Shown in pieces: positions 38,334-48,634 of a stretch of 64,000 nt of DNA. The DNA comes from a virus. Below the pieces are notes generated by a model, which was given only the letters and a program-made list of their open reading frames with translations, did not search any database and was not told where the DNA came from. Where the stretch lies: positions 1 through 64,000 of IMG/VR virus record IMGVR_UViG_3300028840_004184; one strand, 5' to 3'. The position numbers and the translations under genes are program-made. The stretch's first letter is position 1. Every line of letters starts with the position of its first letter.

Positions 38334-40199
38334 GTGTCGGATAAATATAAGAAAAGAATTCTGTTTTGTGGTGAGGCATCTTTTCTGAATACAGGATTTT
38401 CTACTTATTATCGAGAACTGCTTCCCCGTCTAGCAAAGACGGGGAAGTATGAAATTGCCGAAATGGGGTCGTATGCTAATCAGGCCGATCCTCGTATTTA
38501 CGATTTTATTCGTAATAGGTGGACGTTTTATGGTGTTGAGGCTATCCCGACGCCCAATCGTGATTCGTCTGACGAATTGGCATATCGAGATCCTCAAAAT
38601 CAGAGCCCTCGTGCTCCTGGGCAAAATACTTGTCAGTTTGGTGATTACAGGTTCCAGTATGCTTGTGCTGATTTCAAGCCGGATATTGTCGTAGATATTC
38701 GTGATTGGTGGATGCTGGAGTATATCGAAAGATCTGCTTTCCGTCCTTATTTCAAATGGATAGCTATGCCAACCGTTGATGCTGAACCGCAGCGAGAAGA
38801 ATGGATTGCTACTTATCGCACAGCCAATTTATGTCTTGCATATTCTGATTTTGGTGTTCACGTATTAAAGTCTTATCCTGGTGTGAAAGTCTGGAATAAG
38901 CCTACTAGACCTGGTGTTGATCTGGATGTATTCCATCCCATGGATCAAAAAGAACTGAAGAAAGATTGGCTTGGGTGCCAGGATGATGTCAGGGTTATTT
39001 TAATGGTTGCACGTAATCAAAGTAGAAAGCTGTTTCCTGATGCCTTAAATGCCTTTGCTTTAATGAAAGAAAAATACAAGGGTGTTCGTGCTGTTGATAA
39101 GGCAGTATTTGTTGTACATAGTTCTTGGCCTGATAATCAGCATTCTTATGATTACCCTCGACATATTGCAAGAATGCATACTGGGCATTATGGTCTTGAA
39201 TATTATAATATGCCGACTAAATCTAAAAAACAGAGCAAGAAGAAGCCTAAGGGCGGGATTATGCATGATGTTTTCCAGACATATATGTGTCGTAAATGCA
39301 ATCATGTTTTTCTTGGCTGGGCTATTCATTTGTATGATAAGCCCGTTGAGTATCGTGTTCCTAATGAAGCGGGTAAGATTTATATACAATGTCAAAAGTG
39401 TGGTGAAAATTGGGCCACTACCCCAGACACATCTCGTGGATATGATCGCGAACAATTAGCTCGTTTATATGCTATGGCTGATATGTTTGTGCAGGTCACA
39501 ATCTGTGAGGGGGACGGCATGCCTATTCAAGAAGCTAAGGCCTGTGGTTGTCCCACGCTAGTTGTTGATTATTCTGCTATGGCCGAAAAGGGCCGTTTTC
39601 ATGATGAGTATGTGCATTTCAAGGACAAAGATTTTAATAAGGACGAGTATACCGTCCATCATGGGGGGGCGGCCATCCCTGTGGAAAGGTTTTATTATGA
39701 GCCCGAAACTTCATGCAAAAGGGCTCTTCCGGACACATCTGAGTTAGCAGACCAGATGTATGAATTATTGACTGATGATAAGAAGCGTAATAAGATGCGT
39801 GTTGATGCACGCAGGTGTGTTGAAGAAAACTATGATTGGGATAAGCTTGTTCAGGAATGGGAATATGTTTTGGATAACATGGACATTCTTGATCGTTCTA
39901 CCACATGGGATAAGACTCATAAAATAGTGGAAACAAGGAAGGCTGGGGATATCCCCGAGGGACTTAACGATAGTGAGTTTATTGATCATTTATATTTAAA
40001 GGTTCTTAAATACCCTAAGGTGGATGATGCTGGTAAACAACATTGGTTAGCTGCCCTGGAGGCGGGAGAGAGTCGTGAGGCAGTTTGTCGTGCTTTTGAA
40101 CAGGTGATTGGGCAGGAGGTTAAACATCAGAATGCGGTTAATGCACTGCTTGCCACACCCGAAAAAGATCCTAATAAGCTTGATGGAGAGATGATATAA
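38334..40199 (+). CDS. GT4 glycosyltransferase with CxxC...CxxC insertion and C-terminal DUF4214-like domain
   Basis: TGFSTY, GVDLDVFHP, VARNQSRK, EGDGMPIQEAKACG, YDWD; CRKC/CQKC; DSEFIDHLY..VL....D..G..HW..AL..G.SR. Confidence 0.85.
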   Translation: MSDKYKKRILFCGEASFLNTGFSTYYRELLPRLAKTGKYEIAEMGSYANQADPRIYDFIRNRWTFYGVEAIPTPNRDSSDELAYRDPQNQSPRAPGQNTCQFGDYRFQYACADFKPDIVVDIRDWWMLEYIERSAFRPYFKWIAMPTVDAEPQREEWIATYRTANLCLAYSDFGVHVLKSYPGVKVWNKPTRPGVDLDVFHPMDQKELKKDWLGCQDDVRVILMVARNQSRKLFPDALNAFALMKEKYKGVRAVDKAVFVVHSSWPDNQHSYDYPRHIARMHTGHYGLEYYNMPTKSKKQSKKKPKGGIMHDVFQTYMCRKCNHVFLGWAIHLYDKPVEYRVPNEAGKIYIQCQKCGENWATTPDTSRGYDREQLARLYAMADMFVQVTICEGDGMPIQEAKACGCPTLVVDYSAMAEKGRFHDEYVHFKDKDFNKDEYTVHHGGAAIPVERFYYEPETSCKRALPDTSELADQMYELLTDDKKRNKMRVDARRCVEENYDWDKLVQEWEYVLDNMDILDRSTTWDKTHKIVETRKAGDIPEGLNDSEFIDHLYLKVLKYPKVDDAGKQHWLAALEAGESREAVCRAFEQVIGQEVKHQNAVNALLATPEKDPNKLDGEMI

Positions 40200-41389
40200 T
40201 GAAGATTTTGATTGTTGGTCCGCTTAAGGATTTTTCAGGCTATGCACATTTGGCTCGTAATATGGCGTCGGCTCTTCATATGAATAAGGTCGATGTCGCT
40301 ATGCGTCATGTGAAGTACGATGATTATGAATATATACCTAGTGTTGAAGAACTAGATATGTTTAAGAAACCTATGGATGAGTGTGATATTGTTTGGCAGT
40401 GGACAACTCCGAATGAGATTAGGTACATTCCTGGTAAAATGAATATAGCTACTTTGTTTTGGGAAACCACACGCATTCCTAGGTATTGGGTTGAACAATT
40501 GAATTTGATGGATTTAATTATTGTCCCATGTAACTTCAATGCCACGGTTCTTAGTCGATGTGGTGTGACAAAACCTATATGTACTGCCAATCCGTTGTTT
40601 GATATTAGTATTTATAATCAGCAGTATGACAGGTTTGAAATTCCTAATGCAGGTGATAGGACCATATACTATAATATTTGTCAGTTTAATGCTAAGAAGG
40701 GTCTTGATGCTTTACTAAGATCATATTTTCGGGCTTTTTACGATATACCTGAAGAAACATTATTGGTGTTGAAAACTTATATTAGTATGGTGAATCGTAA
40801 TGGTGAGATAGATCGTGTACGTGGTTTTATTGATAATGTTAAGAAGCGTATGCGTTTACCACAATATCCGCCCGTTTATGTTATCACTAATATATTAGAT
40901 GACAAAGGCGTATATAGACTACATACTACTGGTGACGTTTATGTGTGTCCGAGTCGTGGCGAAGGTTGGGGTATTCCGCCTTTTGAGGCGATGGCAATGG
41001 GTTCCCACCTTATAACTAATAATTGGGGTGGTTTGGGTGAGTTTGTCCATGAGAATAATGCGATTCTTTATCCCGGAGCCCAGTCTATTGTTTTTGATCA
41101 ACCACATCCCGATCCTAATCTTTACACTAGTGCAGAGGAATGGTTTGAGCCTAACGACTTTCATATGTCTGTGGCTATGCGAAATGTACATGAGTGTATC
41201 AGAGGGAGGGGGCAGAAAGATTTTGTTGATAAGCTTAACGGACTCAAAACAAGAGCAAAGGCCGATATCCAGAATTATGATTTTCGAACCGCTGGTCCAA
41301 AGTTTATAGCTGAATTACGTAAACTTTATTCGTCATGGAAACAAAATGGTTGTATAGAGGTTGAACAAAATGAAGCTAATAAGGTTTAA
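40199..41389 (+). CDS. GT4 glycosyltransferase
   Basis: SGY, WETT, KKG.D.LL, PSRGEGWGIPPFEAMAMG. Confidence 0.9.
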   Translation: MKILIVGPLKDFSGYAHLARNMASALHMNKVDVAMRHVKYDDYEYIPSVEELDMFKKPMDECDIVWQWTTPNEIRYIPGKMNIATLFWETTRIPRYWVEQLNLMDLIIVPCNFNATVLSRCGVTKPICTANPLFDISIYNQQYDRFEIPNAGDRTIYYNICQFNAKKGLDALLRSYFRAFYDIPEETLLVLKTYISMVNRNGEIDRVRGFIDNVKKRMRLPQYPPVYVITNILDDKGVYRLHTTGDVYVCPSRGEGWGIPPFEAMAMGSHLITNNWGGLGEFVHENNAILYPGAQSIVFDQPHPDPNLYTSAEEWFEPNDFHMSVAMRNVHECIRGRGQKDFVDKLNGLKTRAKADIQNYDFRTAGPKFIAELRKLYSSWKQNGCIEVEQNEANKV

Positions 41390-41702
41390 GTGTATTGTTT
41401 GTAAAAGTGAGTTTTATACTCTTCCTGATTATGTCGAAGAGATTCGTAAAAAAGATGATGATCCCATTTGCCCTTTTTGTGATCCTGAGCCGGGCAAGTC
41501 AATATCAAGGTGTTTTGAGGTCGGTGATGTTGAGTTTGATGATCGATCTAAGCTTGAGGCAGATGATATTGAAAATACTGTCGAATTTTTGAAGGAAGTT
41601 GAAAAAGAGATATCTGGGCAATTCGATCAAGCTTACCATAGAATAGAAAGACTAAAAAGACAAAAGGTTGAAGATAGCGGAGACACCAATGAGCCAGAAT
41701 AA
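41370..41702 (+). CDS. Small zinc-finger hypothetical protein
   Basis: CIVC...CPFC followed by a coiled-coil-like tail. Confidence 0.55.
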   Translation: MKLIRFKCIVCKSEFYTLPDYVEEIRKKDDDPICPFCDPEPGKSISRCFEVGDVEFDDRSKLEADDIENTVEFLKEVEKEISGQFDQAYHRIERLKRQKVEDSGDTNEPE

Positions 41703-42732
41703 TCAAGGAGCTAACTATCGTGGTCAAATGGACGAAATAGCCGAGGTGCTTATGTGGCCGACTAAAATCGTTCAATGTATCCAGGTATTCAATGGGGAAG
41801 AATTCATAGAGTATGTGTTAAAATCTATATATAATGCCGTCGATCACATAAGGATTGTCGAGGGGGCTGTAAAAAATCAGGTTGGTGCTACCAAAGACGG
41901 TCATTCTACCGACAAAACTGTTGAAATTATTAAAAGATTTATAAAAGAGAGTGATCCGGGCAAAAAAGTCAGACTTATCCAGATTAAGAGACCGTATGAA
42001 AACCTGGAAGAAATGAAACAAACATTTCTTGATTATGCGGTTCCGGGTGAGTGGCTTTTGATTAATGATGTGGATGAATTTTATAGGGAAGAAGATATAC
42101 ATCTGTTAAGAAGGGCTATATATTATCAACCTCTTGCATCTGAGTTTGTTCCGTTATTTTTGCATTTTTATAGAGATTGTGTTCATATTGCTAAACCAGA
42201 ACATGAATGGCAGCCTCAACATCAAAGATTTTTCCGCTTTGTAAAAGGAATGAAATATAATGCTCATCCGATAGTGACTGATCATATGAATCATTGTACT
42301 TATTATGCTGTCCACTATCAGCATCGACGCTTTGTTGTGAAAGACTGGTATGTATGGCATTACGGGTATGCTCGTGAAAATATGGATAAAGTCATGATGG
42401 ACAAGAAGACTTATTACGAAAAAGAGCTTTCTAAGCATGCCGGGGCTGATAAGCCGTTCGATGAAAAAGCCAATCTCTTTTTGAATAGAGGTGAAGATCT
42501 TGGAGATTTTTTGTCTTACAATATCGCGTTACATCCCGAGGTATTAAAAAATCATCCGATGATGAAGTTTCGCGATGAGCAGTGGAGTGGGTTAATATTT
42601 GATCCATGGCACAAGGCTGAACCCTATTGTCTTGAGGAAATTCCTAATATATGGCTTTGGATGACTGGAGCTAATCCACGTATGCCTTTTTACAGTAATC
42701 AAATTACTTTGGACGAACTAAAAGAACTATAA
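41689..42732 (+). CDS. GT2/GT-A-fold glycosyltransferase
   Basis: FNGEEFIEYVLKSI, VEGA..STDKT, WLLINDVDEF (DxD), WHYGY. Confidence 0.8.
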   Translation: MSQNNQGANYRGQMDEIAEVLMWPTKIVQCIQVFNGEEFIEYVLKSIYNAVDHIRIVEGAVKNQVGATKDGHSTDKTVEIIKRFIKESDPGKKVRLIQIKRPYENLEEMKQTFLDYAVPGEWLLINDVDEFYREEDIHLLRRAIYYQPLASEFVPLFLHFYRDCVHIAKPEHEWQPQHQRFFRFVKGMKYNAHPIVTDHMNHCTYYAVHYQHRRFVVKDWYVWHYGYARENMDKVMMDKKTYYEKELSKHAGADKPFDEKANLFLNRGEDLGDFLSYNIALHPEVLKNHPMMKFRDEQWSGLIFDPWHKAEPYCLEEIPNIWLWMTGANPRMPFYSNQITLDELKEL

Positions 42733-42744
42733 GGAGACCGAGAT

Positions 42745-43122
42745 ATGCGTTGTATTATTATTATGTTGTTTATTATGTTGTCATTAGTCGGGTGTCAGTC
42801 AATAAATCAAAATGAACGTCATATAATGCTTGATGTTAATGTTGCTACTGTTGCAGAATATTTTTGTGTTGCCGCACAACTTGATATTATACTCAATGAA
42901 TTGCTTGTGTATAATCCTGATAATGAAAGTCTCTTAGACATTCAGAAAAAGCTTAAAGAATCTAGAGCCAACGTTGCTGAGTTGGCGGAGCATCTTCGTA
43001 AAATGGTCGAGTCTTCTGATCTTGAAGATACTGTGAAAAATAGTATGTTCGAGGTATTAAATGCTGCTATATTGTTGGGTATTGATAACACCAAGGTATT
43101 AGTCACACCAAGAGGAGAATAA
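42745..43122 (+). CDS. Putative lipoprotein
   Basis: MR, hydrophobic stretch, lipobox LVGC; helical mature part. Confidence 0.6.
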   Translation: MRCIIIMLFIMLSLVGCQSINQNERHIMLDVNVATVAEYFCVAAQLDIILNELLVYNPDNESLLDIQKKLKESRANVAELAEHLRKMVESSDLEDTVKNSMFEVLNAAILLGIDNTKVLVTPRGE

Positions 43123-43124
43123 TC

Positions 43125-43352
43125 ATGCCATTCGAACCCAGAGGAATAGACGGATTAAAAGTTTTTAATATCCCTGAAGAGAAACTCAAGGAGATGCAAG
43201 CCAAAGCAAAGCATATGATCAAAAAGAAACATGTTAAAGAATTACTAAGTGTTATGGAGCAGGTCCAACAAGCCAAAGACCAACGAAAAGCATTAATTAA
43301 ACATCTTTTTTCTGTCCTCCGTATAGCTATCGCCCTAGGTTTTCGCGTGTAA
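43125..43352 (+). CDS. Hypothetical protein with hydrophobic C-terminus
   Basis: 75-aa ORF with GAGGAG RBS. Confidence 0.55.
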   Translation: MPFEPRGIDGLKVFNIPEEKLKEMQAKAKHMIKKKHVKELLSVMEQVQQAKDQRKALIKHLFSVLRIAIALGFRV

Positions 43353-43364
43353 GGAAAAACATTT

Positions 43365-44222
43365 ATGCCTAAAATAAGCTACTTAGTATCCACATATAAT
43401 TCTGCTGATTATCTTGACAGATGTATTAGGGACCTTATGCTACAGAGCGAACAAAACTTCGAGATAATTATTGTGAACCCTAATTCACCAGATAGGGATG
43501 ATGAAATAGCCCAAGAGTGGTTGGATCGCGATTCTCGCATCAGGTATTTTTATGTTAAGGAGCGGGAACCTTATGGTCAGTCATGGCTTAGGGCATGGCA
43601 GCAAGCCGAATCCCCGATTGTGTGTAATGCTAATACGGATGACACAAGACATTATATGTTTGGTACATATGTGATTAGTGCTTTAGAATCTACGGACGGT
43701 ATAGCTTTTGTTTATCCTGGTGTTAATGTAGTAAATCAGAAAGGGATATATACTGGAGGCGGTGAGAGAGGGCCTTTTGATAGAAATGTTTTTAAGAAGG
43801 AGTGTCATGGTGGACCGTGTGTTGCTTGGCGGACGAGTCTGAGGGACGAAGTAAATATGGATGAGGCCTGGGAAAGAGCTGGTGTATATACGTCTGCTTT
43901 TGATTATTGGCTTTGGCTAAAATTTATGAGCCTGGGGTATGATGGTAAAGTTCTTTATGGAGTGCCTGTGACATATACTCAGAGGCCGGATTCAATCGAG
44001 AATAGTTCTGGTCCTAAATCTACGTGGCAGTCGTTTTGTGCTATATCTGAGTTTTTCCCCGAGGCTATCCAAGAAATAGGGAAGGAAGCATTGGACTTTC
44101 TTAGTTTTCCTGTTGTTCCTCCTCAGGACGAATGGTGTGAAATGATGAAAACTAAGATTGGACCAGATGATATCAAGAGGTGGGACGGAGCCAAGATTAA
44201 TATTTTTGCGGAGCGGGTATGA
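43365..44222 (+). CDS. Glycosyltransferase family 2
   Basis: KISYLVSTYN..YLDRCI..L..Q...FEIIIV..S.D, NTDD, DY.LWLK. Confidence 0.88.
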   Translation: MPKISYLVSTYNSADYLDRCIRDLMLQSEQNFEIIIVNPNSPDRDDEIAQEWLDRDSRIRYFYVKEREPYGQSWLRAWQQAESPIVCNANTDDTRHYMFGTYVISALESTDGIAFVYPGVNVVNQKGIYTGGGERGPFDRNVFKKECHGGPCVAWRTSLRDEVNMDEAWERAGVYTSAFDYWLWLKFMSLGYDGKVLYGVPVTYTQRPDSIENSSGPKSTWQSFCAISEFFPEAIQEIGKEALDFLSFPVVPPQDEWCEMMKTKIGPDDIKRWDGAKINIFAERV

Positions 44223-45349
44223 AGATCTTGCATTTTATACATGATTTAGGAATTGGTGGTACTCAGAAAACCTGTGAGCAGTTTGCTATTGAACTTGCTA
44301 GGCGTGGGCATACATGCTCTGTCGTATTTTATGAAGGTGGGGCAACAGACAGGTGTGAAAACTTAGATAGTTGTGCAGCGAATGATGTTGGGTATGATAG
44401 ATTAGTTTGGTTTGGTATTAATAGGGAGAATAAAGAGAAAGCCTTCCAGGAAATAGTAGATAAGTTTAAGCCTGATATTATTCATACATATTTGAGTGGA
44501 TATCCTGAATTTCCTGATCCTGGCAAAGACTATGATCCTCGCGGAGCGAAGTGTGTTCAAACGAATGTATTTGGTCATTATAATAGTAACCCTGATTTAC
44601 ACAAAGTGTTATATATGAGCGAATATCTTTATTTTCATGCCAGGAAACATGGCTATGCTACTGGTCCTGATTTCCGATATGACTTTATTTACAATCCTGT
44701 CCCTAAACCTGTGGTTAGTAGGGTGTCTAAGCTGGTGCTTGATGGTGACAAGGAAATTTGGCCGAAAGATAATAAAATTGTTATCGGTAGGACTGGTAGA
44801 CCTGAGAATGGGATATACGACTCTATATCTATTGACGCCTTAAATATATTGTTGCAAAACCAGCCGGAATTACGTGGCAAAATTAATTTTTTGGTTCTTG
44901 CTCCGCCTCCTAATATGGTTAAAGATCTTAAGAGATATAGTATTCCCTTTAGTATGCATTGTCCTACGGTCATACCTTATGAAATCGATCGTATTTATAG
45001 TAAAATGGATATTTTTGCACATGCTCGTTTGGATGGCGAGACATGTGGCTGCGTTATTGAGGAGGCTATGATGCATGGGCTTCCTGTTGTTACTCATGTA
45101 TCGCAGCCCGATGTTCCAAATGTTTATCCGTTCCAGGCACAAACAACTCTTGTGGAAAATGATCGTACAGGATTTGTTGTTGGACATTCTGCTGAAGAGT
45201 ATGCTGAAGCCTTGGGTGAGCTTATCGAAGATGCTGATCTTCGCAAGAAGCTTGGTGATGCTGGTAAGGAAGTTGCCTTGTCACTTTTTGAGACTGGTGT
45301 ATGTGTGGATAAGTTGGAGAAAATATATTACGAGTTAATAAATGAATAA
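44219..45349 (+). CDS. GT4 glycosyltransferase
   Basis: MKILHFIHDLGIGGTQ, IYNPV, GRTGR, GETCGCVIEEAMMHGLPVV, G..G. Confidence 0.9.
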   Translation: MKILHFIHDLGIGGTQKTCEQFAIELARRGHTCSVVFYEGGATDRCENLDSCAANDVGYDRLVWFGINRENKEKAFQEIVDKFKPDIIHTYLSGYPEFPDPGKDYDPRGAKCVQTNVFGHYNSNPDLHKVLYMSEYLYFHARKHGYATGPDFRYDFIYNPVPKPVVSRVSKLVLDGDKEIWPKDNKIVIGRTGRPENGIYDSISIDALNILLQNQPELRGKINFLVLAPPPNMVKDLKRYSIPFSMHCPTVIPYEIDRIYSKMDIFAHARLDGETCGCVIEEAMMHGLPVVTHVSQPDVPNVYPFQAQTTLVENDRTGFVVGHSAEEYAEALGELIEDADLRKKLGDAGKEVALSLFETGVCVDKLEKIYYELINE

Positions 45350-46034
45350 TCAAAGAGTAAAGCCATTTATTCAAGCGGTTAACAGGCTAAAAAACGCCAG
45401 GTGTGATGGCAATAAGATATATTATGATTTCCAGATACCTGGATGGTGTCATCAAGAAACAATGTTCTTTTTGAATCTTGTAGTTGGTCATTTTTTGAAT
45501 CAAGACGAACAGTATTTGGAAATAGGCACCTATTGTGGTAAAAGTCTAGTAGCTGCTCTTTATAAAAATTATGCTAAGGCTCAAGTAATAGAGCCGTTTG
45601 AGAAGCATTTGCCGGATGGAGTACATATTAGAAGTAAGTGGGTGGAAAATATTAGTCGTTTTGGTCTTGGGTCTGAGAATAGAGTCACGCTTCATAATGA
45701 AAAGTGTGAGCAGTTCGATGGCGATCTACCAGAGATCGGCGTGTTTTATTATGATGGTAATCATGACTCAGGTCACACTTACGAGGCTCTTAAAAAGTAC
45801 GAGAAGTATTTAGCGGACAATGCAATTATCATAGTTGATGATTATTATATCGGCGGAGGGGACGCCCAAACTCCTTATCCTGGATACGATGTTGTTGATG
45901 GTCATCCAGTTAAAGTTGATACTGACAGGTGGGTGTCTGAAAATCAAGATAAGGCCAGGATAGTTTGGATTATGCCGTGCGAGAACCATCAAGCCGTTAT
46001 TTTATATAGAAGAAATGGTCATGAAGAAGATTAA
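45342..46034 (+). CDS. Methyltransferase (Methyltransf_24-like)
   Basis: YLEIGTYCGKS, FYYDGNH, L...AIIIVDD. Confidence 0.85.
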   Translation: MNNQRVKPFIQAVNRLKNARCDGNKIYYDFQIPGWCHQETMFFLNLVVGHFLNQDEQYLEIGTYCGKSLVAALYKNYAKAQVIEPFEKHLPDGVHIRSKWVENISRFGLGSENRVTLHNEKCEQFDGDLPEIGVFYYDGNHDSGHTYEALKKYEKYLADNAIIIVDDYYIGGGDAQTPYPGYDVVDGHPVKVDTDRWVSENQDKARIVWIMPCENHQAVILYRRNGHEED

Positions 46035-47079
46035 GGTAGTACATCACACAAAAGGATGTGGGTATTCTGGCACAGATAGGACAGCCCAGCTTTTCTGTCA
46101 ATATTTAGACAGGAGTAAGTTTGAGCCGTATATTGTGTACAGGGAAAACGCTGATTGTTCGCGGGTAAATTTTATGAAGCGTGAACTTGAAGGCAGTAAT
46201 GTGGTGGAATACGATCACGAACACGGTAATAATGTTTCTCCTTATTGGCCCAAGAGAGATAATTTTGTAGATGTGATTCGTTCTATTAACCCAGACATTA
46301 TACATTTCCATCGTTCTGGTCATACCGAGTGGCCTTGTTTGCCTTTTCTCAAGAAGGAATTTCCGAAAGTCAAGTTTGTTGAAACTAATATATTCGCTCA
46401 TAACGATAATTTTCCATGGGACCTGAGATTATTTATATGTCCTTATATCGCAACGAGAGCAGGGCATCCTGACGGATCTTATTTATATAATCCAGTAGAA
46501 TTGCCTTATTGCGGTGAAGGTAGTGACGATTCTGATATTGTCGTTTTGGGGCGAATAGGTAGACAGGATAATTTTTATGATATATCCTTACAGGCTTGTC
46601 GATTGTTGTTAGGTCGAGGAATTAAAAACTGGAAGTACTTGATTGTTAATCCTTGTGACAAGTGGATTAACAGGATTCATGAATTAGGGCTTGATAAATA
46701 TTGTGAGCCTATTGTCCCGATTTATGATAATCGATCATTATCTAGATTTTATTCATTATTAGATGTTTTCGCACATTCCAGAAGTGATGGTGAATGCCAA
46801 AGTGTTTGTATGAGTGAAGCACAAATACATGGTGTTCCCATTGTTACCCATAAGTCGCCATGCTGGAATGGTCAGGTTGATCAAATTAATTTGAGTAATT
46901 GTGGGTTTTGTGTTGGGTGGAATGATGCCGTTGGGTATGCTGATAATTTACAGGCATTAATAGAAAGTAAGTCATTGAGAGAACGACTTGGGGGGAACGG
47001 TAGGCGGTGGGCTAATCATAATGTCGAGGCTAGTGTTGTAGTTAAGCAACTTGAGGGATACTATGAGGGACTCATATAA
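46021..47079 (+). CDS. GT4 glycosyltransferase (paralog of 44219-45349)
   Basis: SGTDR, PDIIHFH.SG..EWP, ETNIF, YNPV, GRIGR, DVFAHSR.DGE...EA..HGVPIVTH. Confidence 0.88.
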   Translation: MKKIKVVHHTKGCGYSGTDRTAQLFCQYLDRSKFEPYIVYRENADCSRVNFMKRELEGSNVVEYDHEHGNNVSPYWPKRDNFVDVIRSINPDIIHFHRSGHTEWPCLPFLKKEFPKVKFVETNIFAHNDNFPWDLRLFICPYIATRAGHPDGSYLYNPVELPYCGEGSDDSDIVVLGRIGRQDNFYDISLQACRLLLGRGIKNWKYLIVNPCDKWINRIHELGLDKYCEPIVPIYDNRSLSRFYSLLDVFAHSRSDGECQSVCMSEAQIHGVPIVTHKSPCWNGQVDQINLSNCGFCVGWNDAVGYADNLQALIESKSLRERLGGNGRRWANHNVEASVVVKQLEGYYEGLI

Positions 47080-47633
47080 TGTCTAATATATTTTTTATCG
47101 CTGATACTCATTTCGGACACGCTAATATTTCTAAATATTGTAATCGTCCTTTCTCTTCGAAAGAAATGGACGAAATGATGATCGAGCGTTGGAATAATGT
47201 TGTCAAATGTCATGATCTTATATATCATTTGGGCGACTTCGCGTTCTGTTGTAGTCCTGCATATGCCGAAAATGTTTTAAAACATCTTAATGGACAGATA
47301 TATCTTTGTAAAGGATCGCATGATAAAATTGTTCTAAAAAATAAATGTAGAACATATTTTGCGGATATTCAAGAATCATTTTATTTACATATTCACAAGG
47401 GAATATTCTTGGCTCATTGTTGTCATAAGGTTTGGCATAAATCTCATCATGGATCATGGCATCTTTTTGGTCATAGTCATGGTGGGCTTGATAACTATGC
47501 TCACAACGAGGGTAAGTTACTGGATGTGGGAGTAGACAGTAATGATTTTACGCCATGGCATATCGATGAGGTCCGGGCCGTTATGGCTAAGCGTCCCTTA
47601 AATTTTAATGATCTACAAAGGAGAGAAAATTGA
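47079..47633 (+). CDS. Calcineurin-like metallophosphoesterase
   Basis: ADTHFGH, HLGDF, GSHD (GNHD variant), LFGHSH, DVGVD. Confidence 0.88.
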   Translation: MSNIFFIADTHFGHANISKYCNRPFSSKEMDEMMIERWNNVVKCHDLIYHLGDFAFCCSPAYAENVLKHLNGQIYLCKGSHDKIVLKNKCRTYFADIQESFYLHIHKGIFLAHCCHKVWHKSHHGSWHLFGHSHGGLDNYAHNEGKLLDVGVDSNDFTPWHIDEVRAVMAKRPLNFNDLQRREN

Positions 47634-48634
47634 AGATAGGAATCTATACTACTGCACTTGGCTCGCATATTTCTGGTGGTATACTATGTATTGTTGAAAC
47701 ACTGAATGCACTTATCAGGCTTGGACATGAATGTTGCTGTTTTGTGGACGATAAGCCGTATCGATCGGACTGGTTAAAAACTGATTTCCCTGTTTTACCA
47801 TCTGATGAGATCGATAGTTTTGATGGTATACTGGTGTCTCCATATTCGCCAACGGCTGAAAGGGTTGCTTTTGCCAAAAATGCCGATGAGAGGTTCTACT
47901 GGGTGCATACCAATGAATCTTTATTCTGTCATAATGGACCGGAGTGGCAGGACCAGGCACGCAGATCATATCATTTGCCATTGAAGATTTTTTGTACATC
48001 TACATATGTACAGATTTTGATGGAAACTGTTTTTAATAGATATGTTATCGGTGCTTTAGTCCCGCCCGGCATAGACCCACAAACATTTTTCCCTAGCAAT
48101 CCGTTACAAAATAAAGATGTAGTGAACGTAGGTATGCTTCATCGTCCTGATTGGGTCAGGGGGCATGACGTTGCAGTACTTGGTATGCAGTTAGCACAAA
48201 GGACACTCGGTAAACATATGAATTCTGTGGTTATCGGTCCTACGTCAGATCGTCGTCAAATGGCTAACAGGATGCGATCCTTAGATATTTTTATTGACCC
48301 AAGTCGCGTTGCTGGTAGCCCGACTCCTGTTAAGGAGGCCATGGCGTGTGGGGCAATACCCATTTGTACAAAATATGGAACGACCGACTTTGTTCTTGAT
48401 GGTTACAATGGTCGTATCATCCCCCCTGACAATATAATGTCTTTGTCTAATCAGATAGTTAGTATTGCAAATCTTTCTTATGAAAAGCGTTGTGATATAG
48501 CCTCTCAGGCTGCTGAATATGTTAAACAGTTTTCGTGGGATCATATAGCTATGCGTTTTGAATCAGCCCTTGGAGAGGGCATTAATCGTGGCGACGAGTT
48601 ACTTAAGACAAGAAATTGGAATGAACCCAAATGA
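47630..48634 (+). CDS. GT4 glycosyltransferase
   Basis: ISGG, PPGID..TF, EAMACG, DGYNG, FSWD. Confidence 0.85.
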   Translation: MKIGIYTTALGSHISGGILCIVETLNALIRLGHECCCFVDDKPYRSDWLKTDFPVLPSDEIDSFDGILVSPYSPTAERVAFAKNADERFYWVHTNESLFCHNGPEWQDQARRSYHLPLKIFCTSTYVQILMETVFNRYVIGALVPPGIDPQTFFPSNPLQNKDVVNVGMLHRPDWVRGHDVAVLGMQLAQRTLGKHMNSVVIGPTSDRRQMANRMRSLDIFIDPSRVAGSPTPVKEAMACGAIPICTKYGTTDFVLDGYNGRIIPPDNIMSLSNQIVSIANLSYEKRCDIASQAAEYVKQFSWDHIAMRFESALGEGINRGDELLKTRNWNEPK

